A stretch of 41,224 nucleotides of DNA from an uncultured Oscillospiraceae bacterium (GCA_900769995.1 CAAGIT010000161.1:1-41224); one strand, 5' to 3'. Counted from the first letter of the stretch, positions 1 through 9,227 are shown. The notes: generated by a model not told the origin, from the letters alone. Program-made: numbers and translations.

Positions 1-484
1 CGTCATCAAGAAGAACGAGCCCGTCGAGATCGTTGGTCTGGCCGACGAGAAGAAGCCCACCGTCGTTACCGACATCGAAATGTTCCACAAGCTGCTGGAC
101 TACGCTGAAGCCGGCGACAACATCGGCGCTCTGCTGCGTGGTATCGACAAGAAGAACATCGAGCGTGGCCAGGTTCTGTGCAAGCCCAACTCCATTCACC
201 CCCTGACCAAGTTCAAGGGCCAGGTTTACGTCCTGTCCAAGGAAGAAGGCGGCCGTCACACCCCGTTCTTCAACAACTATCGTCCGCAGTTCTATTTCCG
301 TACCACTGACGTTACCGGCATCATCACCCTTCCCGAAGGCGTTGAGATGTGCATGCCCGGCGACAACATCGACATGGATGTCGAGCTGATCACCCCGATT
401 GCTATCGAGGCAGGTCTTCGTTTCGCTATCCGTGAAGGTGGCCGTACCGTCGGTTCCGGTGTCGTTATCGGTATCAACGAGTAA
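1..484 (+). CDS. tuf: Elongation factor Tu, C-terminal part (5' end outside window)
   Basis: Frame is open from nt 2 ([12 protein letters not shown]...). EF-Tu motifs [26 protein letters not shown] and [11 protein letters not shown] are present. Confidence 0.99.
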   Translation, partial: VIKKNEPVEIVGLADEKKPTVVTDIEMFHKLLDYAEAGDNIGALLRGIDKKNIERGQVLCKPNSIHPLTKFKGQVYVLSKEEGGRHTPFFNNYRPQFYFRTTDVTGIITLPEGVEMCMPGDNIDMDVELITPIAIEAGLRFAIREGGRTVGSGVVIGINE

Positions 485-497
485 TCTTTCATAAACC

Positions 498-530
498 ATG
501 CGGGGGCAGTTATCTGCCCCCGCATTTTTT
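498..530 (+). terminator. Intrinsic terminator of tuf
   Basis: ATGCGGGGGCAG/CTGCCCCCGCAT 12-bp stem followed by a T run. Confidence 0.9.
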
Positions 531-646
531 CTGTTTTCGAGCATTTTCGCAGAATAACATCGAATTATTTGGAAATTTTCCTTGTGTATCCGCCGGTTAT
601 GCGGTAAAATAGGCACAGTGATTTGAGCGATTCGGAGGCAAGTGTC

Positions 647-1540
647 ATGCAGATTTCAAAGCTGATTCCGTGGCTTTTGACAAGCGCTATCCTCGTTGTC
701 CTGCTGGTTTGGGTCATTTCTGCCATTGGCGGAGAGCCGGAGGAGGATGCGTCGACAAAGAAGGGCGTGCAGTACATTCAAATGCAGGAGGAAAAGGATC
801 CGCAGCAGGTCATTGCAAGCCTGCGCGGTGAGCCGACAGCTCCGACCGCACCGACACAGCCGAATACAGATCCGTCGGAATCTACGGACGGCGGCGACCC
901 GACCCCCGGTGAGAATGAAGATACGGCTGCTGCGCAGCGTGAACAGGAGCGGCAGGCACTGCGCACCCAAATCGAAAACGGTGAGGTCGATGTCTGGACG
1001 CTGTTTGATGAATATGTGATCTTGGGCGACTCCCGTGCTGTCGGCTTCTATTATTTTGACTTCCTGGACAAGAGCCGCGTTTTGGCAGATGGCGGCCATA
1101 CGATCCGCAATACGCCGGAGCTGATGTCCGAGATTGTTGCGCTGAATCCGAAGCATATCTATCTTTGCTACGGACTGAACGATGTGAGCATCGGTTATTG
1201 GGATACGCCGGAGGAATATGTAGAGGAATTTCGCACGTTGATCGAGTCGCTGCGGACGGAGCTGCCCAATGCCACCATCGTCATCAGCTCCATTCTCCCT
1301 GCGCGCGACCCCGCGTTCGACCTTAGCTCCCGCTGGTACCATATTCCGGAGTTCAGTGCCGCAGTTGAGGAGATGTGCAAGGAGATGGGAGTTGCGTTTG
1401 CCAACAACGACGAGATTTCCGAGATTTACGGCAGCCAGTATTGGCAGCCGGACGGGATTCATGTCCGACCGGAGTTTTATCCATATTGGGCGACCAATCT
1501 GATAATTGCGACAATGCGGGGGGATGCAGGCGATGTCTAA
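647..1540 (+). CDS. Membrane-anchored SGNH/GDSL hydrolase-family protein
   Basis: N-terminal TM helix, P/T-rich linker, then blocks LGDSR, GLND and DGIH. GGAGG at 634-638 favours ATG 647 over TTG 623. Confidence 0.85.
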   Translation: MQISKLIPWLLTSAILVVLLVWVISAIGGEPEEDASTKKGVQYIQMQEEKDPQQVIASLRGEPTAPTAPTQPNTDPSESTDGGDPTPGENEDTAAAQREQERQALRTQIENGEVDVWTLFDEYVILGDSRAVGFYYFDFLDKSRVLADGGHTIRNTPELMSEIVALNPKHIYLCYGLNDVSIGYWDTPEEYVEEFRTLIESLRTELPNATIVISSILPARDPAFDLSSRWYHIPEFSAAVEEMCKEMGVAFANNDEISEIYGSQYWQPDGIHVRPEFYPYWATNLIIATMRGDAGDV

Positions 1541-2015
1541 AGAGAGAGTATTTTCGGTTCTGCGTTGGCTTTGCGTCCTCGCAATGATCGTGTTTATCGC
1601 AACGCGCTTTGAGAGCCAGAGCATCAGCGAGGCAAGCATTGACGAGGTTGCTGCCGCAGCGACATCGAGGATGGACATGACGAATTTGCAGGTCGGTGAC
1701 AATCAGATGATCAAGCGTCTGTATTCGCTCAGCCCTGCGGATTATGAGGACTGCGTGCTCTACTATCCGATGACGAACATGGAAGCGGAGGAGCTGTTTA
1801 TCGTCAAGCTGTCGGACGTTGCACAGCAGGAAAGCGTTGTTTCCGCATTGCAGGCTCGGGTGGAAACCCAAAAAAATACATTTGACGGCTATGGATTCGA
1901 GCAGTATGACCTGCTGACCAATCACTGCATCATTTGCGCAGAGGGGAATTTCATCCTGTTTGTGGTTGGCGCGGATGCCGATGCGGTGCTCGATGCGTTT
2001 TTAGACGCACTGTAA
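1533..2015 (+). CDS. DUF4358-like exported protein
   Basis: N-terminal hydrophobic helix and a DUF4358-like pattern (AEELFIVKL...RVETQKNTFDGY). Overlaps the upstream gene by 8 nt and sits beside the MBOAT gene. Confidence 0.7.
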   Translation: MSKERVFSVLRWLCVLAMIVFIATRFESQSISEASIDEVAAAATSRMDMTNLQVGDNQMIKRLYSLSPADYEDCVLYYPMTNMEAEELFIVKLSDVAQQESVVSALQARVETQKNTFDGYGFEQYDLLTNHCIICAEGNFILFVVGADADAVLDAFLDAL

Positions 2016-2029
2016 AGGGGGAGTGACAG

Positions 2030-3451
2030 ATGGCATTTTCAACCTTGATTTTTCCCTTTGCGGTGCTTCCGCTGACGCTGCTGCTGTATGTCATTGTGCC
2101 GAAAAGGCTCCTGTGGCTGAAAAATACGGTGCTTTTGCTGTGCAGCCTAGTCTTTTTCGCATGGGGCGAACCGGCCTATCTTGTGCTGATGGCGCTGAGC
2201 CTGCTGTTCAACTATTTCAGCGGCCTGCAAATCGACAGCGCAATGTACGATGAAAAATTCCGCAAGGCGAAGCTGATCCTGACGTCCTCGGTCGTGGTGA
2301 ATCTGCTGCTTTTGGGCTTTTTCAAGTACTATGGCTTCCTTGCTTCCAATGTCGGCGCACTGTTTGGGCAGGAGTGGACGGTGCAGGAGCTGCCGGCTCC
2401 GATCGGTCTGTCGTTCTTTACCTTCTCGATCCTGTCGTACCTGTTCGATGTCTACCGCGATAAGGCACCGGTGGCAGAGAATTTCCTGAACTTCTCGCTC
2501 TATGTGACCTTCTTCCCCAAGCTCACGTCCGGCCCGATCGTGCAGTATGCGGATATGGAAGCGCAGCTATATGAGCGAAAAATGACCTGGGGCAAATTCG
2601 GTGCGGGTTCACGGCTGTTTTTGATCGGCCTGAGCAAGAAAATTCTGCTTGCCAACACCTTGGGCGTGACGTTTTATGCCGTTTCCGGACTGCCGCTCTC
2701 GTCCGTTTCGACCGTGACGGCGTGGCTCGGCGCGATCTGCTACACCCTGATGCTCTATTTTGACTTCGGCGGTTATTCGGATATGGCGGTCGGTCTGGGC
2801 AAAATGTTCGGCTTTGACTGGCAGAAGAACTTTGACTATCCCTACTGCGCCAACAGCATTACCGACTTCTGGCGGCGTTGGCACATCTCGCTCAGCTCGT
2901 GGTTCCGCGATTATGTGTACATCCCGCTGGGCGGCAGCCGCGAGGGTACAGGCCGCACGATCCGCAATCTGCTGATCGTCTGGCTGCTCACCGGCATTTG
3001 GCACGGCGCAAACTGGACGTTCATCTTCTGGGGTCTGTATTACGGCGCACTGCTTCTTTTGGAAAAGTTCGTATTCAACAGAGTTTTGCACCGCATCCCG
3101 TCGTTTATCCGCCGATTTTTTACTCTTTTGCTGGTGGTCGTTGGCTGGGTGTTTTTCTTCTCGCCCGATCTCGGCACGGCGTTTGGCTGGTTGGGCAGAA
3201 TGCTCGGCGGCGGTGAGGCAGGCTTCCTGGATGCCACGGCGAAGTATTATCTGAGCGGCTGCTGGCTCATCGTTCTGATTTCGGTGATCGCTTCTGCGCC
3301 GTGGGTTGCGAACTTCGGCAACCGTTGCCTGATGCGAAAGGATGGGACATGGCGCACGGTTTCCGTGGTGCTGTTTGCGATCCTGTTCCTGCTGTGCATT
3401 GCGGGCATGATGAACGCGACCTACTCCACATTCCTGTATTTCCAATTCTGA
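2030..3451 (+). CDS. MBOAT-family O-acyltransferase (AlgI/PatA/DltB-like)
   Basis: Polytopic protein with PIGLSFFTF, YFDFGGYSDMA, FWRRWHISLSSWFRDYVYIPLGG, GIWHGA and C-terminal FLYFQF. Confidence 0.95.
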   Translation: MAFSTLIFPFAVLPLTLLLYVIVPKRLLWLKNTVLLLCSLVFFAWGEPAYLVLMALSLLFNYFSGLQIDSAMYDEKFRKAKLILTSSVVVNLLLLGFFKYYGFLASNVGALFGQEWTVQELPAPIGLSFFTFSILSYLFDVYRDKAPVAENFLNFSLYVTFFPKLTSGPIVQYADMEAQLYERKMTWGKFGAGSRLFLIGLSKKILLANTLGVTFYAVSGLPLSSVSTVTAWLGAICYTLMLYFDFGGYSDMAVGLGKMFGFDWQKNFDYPYCANSITDFWRRWHISLSSWFRDYVYIPLGGSREGTGRTIRNLLIVWLLTGIWHGANWTFIFWGLYYGALLLLEKFVFNRVLHRIPSFIRRFFTLLLVVVGWVFFFSPDLGTAFGWLGRMLGGGEAGFLDATAKYYLSGCWLIVLISVIASAPWVANFGNRCLMRKDGTWRTVSVVLFAILFLLCIAGMMNATYSTFLYFQF

Positions 3452-3466
3452 TAGGAGGCGAGTTGG

Positions 3467-4639
3467 ATGGATCAAGAAAATATGGCTCGCCGCCGTCAAA
3501 GGCTTTATAAGCGCAACCGCACGCAGCAGGGATGCTCGCTTGCGCTGCTGCTGCTGGCGTTTTTGCTGCTGTTTCAGCTTGTGAATCTGATCGTGCCTAA
3601 CCGGGAATATTCCGAACAGGAGAACCGTATGCTGGCACAGAAGCCGGAGCTTACATGGGCCTCCCTGAACGATGGCAGCTATTTTGCCGATTGGGAGAGC
3701 TATCTTGCCGACCAGTTTGTAGCGCGTGATTTTTGGATCTCTCTGCAATTACGCTTTGGTAAGCTGATGGGTCAGACGACCTCCAACGGCGTCATTTTGG
3801 GCGACGATGGCTACCTGATGGAACCGCCGGCAGACCCGAATGAGGCGGCATTGGAGCGAAATCTTGCGGCGATCGATGCCTTTGCCGCAGCACATACGAC
3901 GGTCAAAATGTATATGACGGTCGTGCCGACGGCGGTCAGCATCCATACCGACAAGCTGCCGGACAACATTCCTCTGCGCGATCAGATAGCTGATTTGCAG
4001 GCGATGCAGGAAGCACTGAAAAACGTCAATTATCTGGACGTGACCGATGCTTTGCGCGAGCATAGCGATGAAAAGCTGTTCTACCGCACAGATCACCACT
4101 GGACGAGTCTGGCTGCAAGCTATGCGTTTCGGGAAATGGCAGCGCAAATGGGCATTTCCAATGTGCTCAACTACGATGTCTACCCCGTCACGACCACCTT
4201 TGAGGGGACGTTGGCATCCCGAAGCGGCCAGCATACCGATCGGGATACCATTGAGATTTATGTTCCGCAGACAGACGTGGAATATTATGTGACATTTGAG
4301 GACAGCAAGGAGACGACTGCCTCTCTTTATGTCAGCGATTGTCTGAAGGAGAAGGACAAATATACCGTCTTTTTCGGCGGCAACTATCCCCGTGTGGATG
4401 TTGTTACCACGGCAAACACCGGGAAAAACCTGCTCATTTTTAAGGATTCCTACGCAAACTGCTTTGTACAATTCCTGACGCCCTATTACGACCGCATCAT
4501 TCTGATCGACCCGCGCTATTACTACGGCGATGCGGAACGGCTCCTCGGGCAGCAGAAGATCACGGACGTTTTGTATCTTTACAACGCAAATACTTTCTTT
4601 GAGGATACCTCATTGGCAGATGTTTTGGGAGCAGAATAA
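3467..4639 (+). CDS. DHHW-family (AlgJ/AlgX-like) protein
   Basis: N-terminal TM helix, SEQENRMLA, YRTDHHWT and KDSYAN motifs; directly after the MBOAT gene. Confidence 0.9.
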   Translation: MDQENMARRRQRLYKRNRTQQGCSLALLLLAFLLLFQLVNLIVPNREYSEQENRMLAQKPELTWASLNDGSYFADWESYLADQFVARDFWISLQLRFGKLMGQTTSNGVILGDDGYLMEPPADPNEAALERNLAAIDAFAAAHTTVKMYMTVVPTAVSIHTDKLPDNIPLRDQIADLQAMQEALKNVNYLDVTDALREHSDEKLFYRTDHHWTSLAASYAFREMAAQMGISNVLNYDVYPVTTTFEGTLASRSGQHTDRDTIEIYVPQTDVEYYVTFEDSKETTASLYVSDCLKEKDKYTVFFGGNYPRVDVVTTANTGKNLLIFKDSYANCFVQFLTPYYDRIILIDPRYYYGDAERLLGQQKITDVLYLYNANTFFEDTSLADVLGAE

Positions 4640-4655
4640 GTTTGGAGGTGAGTTT

Positions 4656-5312
4656 ATGACCTTTCAAGAAATTGCAAAAAATGAAACGATCCGCGCATAC
4701 ATTCGCCGCGCGGATGAATCGCTGATCGCGCTGGGCTATACCGAGCACAGCTTCGCCCATGTGACACACGTTGCGGAAACGGTCGGTTATATTCTGGAAA
4801 CGCTGGGCTACGATGCGCATACCGTTGAGATCGGCAGGATCGCGGGCTATTTGCACGACATCGGCAATCTGGTCAACCGCATTGACCATTCGCAGAGCGG
4901 CGCGGTTATGGCGTTTCAAATTCTGAACGGACTGGGCTTTCCTGCGGAGGATGTCGCAACGATCGTCACCGCCATCGGCAACCACGATGAGGGCACGGGC
5001 GTTCCCGTGAATGCGGTTGCTGCCGCGCTGATTTTGGCAGACAAGGCAGACGTTCGGAGAAGCCGCGTCCGCAATCAGGACACAACAAACTTTGATATTC
5101 ACGACCGTGTGAACTACTCCGTCAAAAAGTCGCTGGTCAAGATCAATGAGGATCGGACGATCGTCAAGCTGAAGCTGACGGTCGATACCCATTACAGCTC
5201 TGTGATGGATTATTTCGAGATTTTCATGCAGCGTATGCTGCTCTGCCGCCGAGCTGCCGCCACCCTGGGCCTGCAGTTCAAGCTCATCATCAATGAACAG
5301 CAGTTGGTTTGA
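4656..5312 (+). CDS. HD-domain phosphohydrolase
   Basis: EHSFAH...LHDIGN...HDE...LILADK motifs. GGAGGT at 4644-4649 precedes ATG 4656. Confidence 0.88.
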   Translation: MTFQEIAKNETIRAYIRRADESLIALGYTEHSFAHVTHVAETVGYILETLGYDAHTVEIGRIAGYLHDIGNLVNRIDHSQSGAVMAFQILNGLGFPAEDVATIVTAIGNHDEGTGVPVNAVAAALILADKADVRRSRVRNQDTTNFDIHDRVNYSVKKSLVKINEDRTIVKLKLTVDTHYSSVMDYFEIFMQRMLLCRRAAATLGLQFKLIINEQQLV

Positions 5313-5336
5313 CTTGCACGCAAGAGTCCCCAACCA

Positions 5337-5365
5337 TTGACTTACGATTATGGAATGTGTATACT
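5337..5365 (+). promoter_or_regulatory. SigA-type promoter of the PPase gene
   Basis: TTGACT-17 nt-TATACT. Confidence 0.6.
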
Positions 5366-5418
5366 GAAGGTATCATAGGTTATGATAAAATGAGGCTTGG
5401 AAAAACAGGAGTTGTTTT

Positions 5419-7035
5419 ATGGATACGATTTATGTAACAGGACACCGGAACCCCGATACGGATTCCATCGTATCGGCGATGGCATATGCCGCTTTGCGCA
5501 ATGCCTTGGGTGATCGCGAATACCGCGCTGCACGTTTGGGGCACGTGAGTGATGAAACGCAGATGGTACTCGATCGCTTTGGCTTTACCGCGCCCGAGTG
5601 GGTCAAAACCATGCGCACGCAGGTCAGGGACTTGGTGTATGATACACCGCCGGCACTGTCAGCTGCGGTAACGGTCAGCCGCGCGTGGTCGGTGCTGACC
5701 GCAGACCGTACCATTGCCGCCATCCCCGTGACCAACGACGACGGTACGTTGTACGGCTTGCTCTCCGCGGGCGATATCGCCTCGTGCGATATGATGTCCA
5801 TTGAACGTCCGCACATTGATGAGATCCCCGTGTTCAATCTGCTGAGCGTTCTCGAGGGCAGAATTATGAATGATGCGGGCAATATGATCGATGCCGTGAC
5901 GGGTGATGTCTATATCGCGTTGCCGCAGAGCTGCGAAAATCTGCTCTTTTCCTCGAAGGAAAGTATTGTTGTTGTCGGCGACCAGCCGGATATGATCCGC
6001 CGTGCCCTGGATATCGGCGTGCAGTGCATCATCGTCTGTCAGGCGGAAATTGACGAGGAACTGCGTGAAAGACAGAGCGACACCTGCATTATCTCCACAC
6101 CCTTTGATGCCTACCGTGCCGTGCGTCTGATCTATCAGTCGCTGCCGATTTCGCGTATCTGCCACCGCGACAATCTGGAGTGCTTCCACCTCGATGATTT
6201 TGTGGACGATGTCCGCGAGGGTATGCTCCGAAGCCGCTACCGCTGCTACCCGGTTTTGGATGAAAATGAGCGTGTGGTCGGAACGCTCTCGCGATACCAT
6301 TTGATTCGTCCGCGCAGAAAACGCGTGGTGCTTGTTGACCACAATGAAACCGCGCAATCCGTTCCCGGTCTTGAACAGGCGGAGATTTTGGAGATCATTG
6401 ACCATCACCGCCTTGCCGATATTCAGACCGGAAACCCAATCTATTTCCGAAACGAGCCGGTCGGCAGTACGACCACGATCATCGCCGGAATGTATCAGGA
6501 AAAGGGCTTGATGCCGTCGGAAAAGCTCGCGGGCATGATGGCGGCGGCGATCGTTTCGGATACGGTCATGTTCAAATCCCCGACCTGTACCCAACGCGAC
6601 CGCAATATGGCGGAGCGTATGGCGCGCATTGCAAATGTTTCGCTCGAAGAGCTTGGACAGCAGATCTTCTCGGCCTCCTGGTCGGATGACAAATCTGCAA
6701 AGGCCTTGCTGTTTGCGGACTTCAAGGATTTCCATATCGCGGAGCATAAGCTGGGTGTCGGTCAGATCACCTGTGTCAACTCTGACCATATCCTGAAGCG
6801 CAAGGACGAATTTCTGGAAGAAATGGAAAAGACCAGACAGGCAAAGGGCTACAGCCTGATGCTCCTGATGCTGACGGACGTGCTGCTCGAGGGCACGCAG
6901 CTCATTTACCTTGGTGATGAGGACACCATTCGTCAGGCGTTTTCCGCAGATGCAAAGAACAATACCGTATTCCTGCCGCGCGTTATGTCGCGCAAGAAGC
7001 AGGTCATTCCCGCACTGTCTGCAATGTGGGGCTAA
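5419..7035 (+). CDS. ppaC: Family II Mn-dependent inorganic pyrophosphatase with CBS/DRTGG insert
   Basis: GHRNPDTDS, VDHNE, IDHH, SDT and C-terminal SRKKQVIP motifs, plus a roughly 230-aa internal CBS-type insert. Confidence 0.92.
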   Translation: MDTIYVTGHRNPDTDSIVSAMAYAALRNALGDREYRAARLGHVSDETQMVLDRFGFTAPEWVKTMRTQVRDLVYDTPPALSAAVTVSRAWSVLTADRTIAAIPVTNDDGTLYGLLSAGDIASCDMMSIERPHIDEIPVFNLLSVLEGRIMNDAGNMIDAVTGDVYIALPQSCENLLFSSKESIVVVGDQPDMIRRALDIGVQCIIVCQAEIDEELRERQSDTCIISTPFDAYRAVRLIYQSLPISRICHRDNLECFHLDDFVDDVREGMLRSRYRCYPVLDENERVVGTLSRYHLIRPRRKRVVLVDHNETAQSVPGLEQAEILEIIDHHRLADIQTGNPIYFRNEPVGSTTTIIAGMYQEKGLMPSEKLAGMMAAAIVSDTVMFKSPTCTQRDRNMAERMARIANVSLEELGQQIFSASWSDDKSAKALLFADFKDFHIAEHKLGVGQITCVNSDHILKRKDEFLEEMEKTRQAKGYSLMLLMLTDVLLEGTQLIYLGDEDTIRQAFSADAKNNTVFLPRVMSRKKQVIPALSAMWG

Positions 7036-7041
7036 AAAAAA

Positions 7042-7114
7042 CCGGAGCTGCAGCCGCAGCTCCGGTTCTCAGACTGTCAATAAAGTCCGGAGCTGCAGCC
7101 GCAGCTCCGGTTCT
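7042..7114. repeat. Exact 28-nt direct duplication of a terminator hairpin around a 17-nt element end
   Basis: CCGGAGCTGCAGCCGCAGCTCCGGTTCT at 7042-7069 and 7087-7114. The spacer CAGACTGTCAATAAAGT is identical to 8605-8621. Confidence 0.92.
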
Positions 7115-7129
7115 GTTTTATGTTGTAAA

Positions 7130-7723
7130 TTATTTACACGCCGCTAAAATCAACGAAACACAGCCATCGATGCCGAGAGAACCGCTGTTGAGGCAGAGGT
7201 CATAGTTCTGCGCCTGACCCCAGATGCGGTCAGTGTAGTTCTTATAATAGACTCTGCGCTTTTGATCTTTCTCGAGCAAGCGCTTCTCGGGTGATTTTTC
7301 CTTGTGACCGTAGCGTTCAACGATGCGCTTTGCACGCGATTCCATGTCCGCGTGGATGAAAACGTGCAGACAATCCGGATGGTTGCGCAGGATATAATCC
7401 GCACAGCGGCCGACAATGACACAGTTGCCCTCGGCAGCGATTTCCTCGATGATGCGCACCTGCTCCAGATACAGCTTGTCATACATGGAAAGACCGTCGA
7501 TGGAATACTGATTTGTGTTCACGATGGAGAACAGAAAGCTGCTGCGCGCACTGGCATATTCGCCGCTTTCCTCGATAAATTCCGGCGAAAAACCGCAGCG
7601 TTCCGCGACCCGATTGACCAATTCGCGGTCATAGAAGGCATAACCGAGCTGTTCTGCAACCGCCCTGCCGATACTTCTGCCGCCGCTGCCGAATTCGCGG
7701 CTGATGGTGATGATCTGTTTCAT
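7130..7723 (-). CDS. Cytidylate kinase-like family protein
   Basis: IITISREFGSGG, VIVGRCAD and YDLCLNS motifs. Confidence 0.88.
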   Translation of the reverse strand: MKQIITISREFGSGGRSIGRAVAEQLGYAFYDRELVNRVAERCGFSPEFIEESGEYASARSSFLFSIVNTNQYSIDGLSMYDKLYLEQVRIIEEIAAEGNCVIVGRCADYILRNHPDCLHVFIHADMESRAKRIVERYGHKEKSPEKRLLEKDQKRRVYYKNYTDRIWGQAQNYDLCLNSGSLGIDGCVSLILAACK

Positions 7724-7792
7724 ACAAATACCCCCTTCATTTTCCTCAATTATATTATAGCACAGTCGGATGAATGACGCAAAGCATATTTC

Positions 7793-8515
7793 TCAGCGCA
7801 GACGAAAATTCGGAAAAATTTTACGCAGGTGAAGCTCCAGCTCCGAAAAACTGCCGTGCGGAATGTCGGAGATGTCGCGATTTTTGGTGTTGATAAGACA
7901 TGGTGTCAGTAAGAATACCGGGATGCCCAACTCCATTGCGGCCAGATCCTCGGATGCGTCGTTGCCGACCATCAGGCACTCGGAGGGTTCGCAGTCCAGC
8001 TCCGCCAAAATATCGGCGTAGTAAGCGGGATTTGGCTTGCAGTGACGGGAGTTTTCATAGGTCGTGATATAGGCGAAATCCTCCGGTGCAAGACCTGCCC
8101 AGCGAATACGCGCTTCGGTCGCAACGGCAGGGAAGATGGGATTGGTTGCCAAAACGCATCGGACACCGAGCACCTTGAGTGACGAGATCAGATACCTGGC
8201 TTCGGGCGCAAAGCCGCAGGCATGGCGTACGTGATCGAACTCGGTGGCATAGAACCGCTCAAAATCCTGTTCCCGTGCACGTGCGTCCTCGCCAAACTGC
8301 GCGGCAAATGCGTCCCAAAAGACCTCGCGGTTCAGCGCTGCGCCGTTGTTCTTTACCATTGCACCGGTGCCTTTCCATAACGCATCGATCAAATCCTTCG
8401 GCGCGTAGCCGTAGGGTGCGGCAAACCGCGTCAAGCCGCCGAAATACGCCTGTAAAAATTTCTCCTGCTCCATTGGCAGCAGGGTACCGTCCAAATCGAA
8501 TAGTATCGTTGTCAT
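7793..8515 (-). CDS. HAD-family hydrolase
   Basis: FDLDGTL (motif I), ATNP, KP and VGND. Start placed at ATG 8515 after an AAGGA RBS. Confidence 0.88.
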   Translation of the reverse strand: MTTILFDLDGTLLPMEQEKFLQAYFGGLTRFAAPYGYAPKDLIDALWKGTGAMVKNNGAALNREVFWDAFAAQFGEDARAREQDFERFYATEFDHVRHACGFAPEARYLISSLKVLGVRCVLATNPIFPAVATEARIRWAGLAPEDFAYITTYENSRHCKPNPAYYADILAELDCEPSECLMVGNDASEDLAAMELGIPVFLLTPCLINTKNRDISDIPHGSFSELELHLRKIFPNFRLR

Positions 8516-8572
8516 TTTCGCACGTCCTTTCCCGCACAGTATACCACGGATGACGCTCCCGCGCAAGTAAAG

Positions 8573-8840
8573 AAAAAGTCCGTACTGCAATGCAGCACGG
8601 ACTTCAGACTGTCAATAAAGTCCGAAACCGTCAAAATCGTAGGGGCGGCTATCAGCCGTCTGCCATACTGCATTGAGGCGGATCATATCCGCCCCTACAA
8701 AACTCTCGCCTTACCGTACCTCTGTACGCCGACAGGCGAGAGTTGCTTGTCTTTCGAACTTTCTCAACAGCCTATCAGCGTGTCGAAAGGTTTTCAACAC
8801 GCTGAGGAAAAAAGTCCGTGCTGCGATGCAGCACGGACTT
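8573..8840. mobile_element. Non-autonomous MITE/REPIN-like element between two copies of the rplT terminator
   Basis: 32-nt direct repeats at 8573-8604 and 8809-8840 (2 mismatches). Imperfect terminal inverted repeats at 8606-8621 and 8758-8773 (12/16). Internal GTAG-REP pair. Homologous to 38550-38696 on the opposite strand. Confidence 0.75.
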
Positions 8841-8851
8841 TGGTTGCTATA

Positions 8852-9205
8852 TTAGAGAGCGCCCTTAGCGGTCTCGACGAGAGCTGCGAATGCAGCGGCG
8901 TCGTTGATGGCCATTTCGGACAGAGCCTTGCGGTTCAGGTCGATGTTTGCCTTCTTCAGACCGCTCATGAAACGGGAGTAGTTCAGACCATAGGGCTTGA
9001 CAGCAGCGGAGATACGAGCGATCCACAGACGGCGGAAATCTCTCTTCTTCAGCTTACGGCCGACATATGCGTAAACACCGGACTTCTTGACAGCCTGCTT
9101 GGCCATCTTGAAGTGGGTGGACTTGGAGCCCCAGTAGGACTTTGCGAGCTTCAGGGTCTTATTTCTTCTCTTGCGCGTCATCATCGCGCCTTTAACTCTT
9201 GCCAT
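8852..9205 (-). CDS. rplT: 50S ribosomal protein L20
   Basis: MARVKG...[13 protein letters not shown]...YSRFM...[10 protein letters not shown]. Confidence 0.99.
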   Translation of the reverse strand: MARVKGAMMTRKRRNKTLKLAKSYWGSKSTHFKMAKQAVKKSGVYAYVGRKLKKRDFRRLWIARISAAVKPYGLNYSRFMSGLKKANIDLNRKALSEMAINDAAAFAALVETAKGAL

Positions 9206-9227
9206 TTTCTATTTCCTCCTCTTCCGA

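Noticed and set aside
8573..8840. Possible CRISPR array or tRNA/ncRNA in the repeat-rich intergenic region
   Set aside because: Only two repeat copies per locus, repeats differ between loci, no regular spacers, no cas genes and no cloverleaf.
8673..8855. Short ORFs within the miniature elements (also 38630-38839) as transposase remnants
   Set aside because: No DDE or HUH motifs, no clear RBS, and the frames are not conserved between the two copies.
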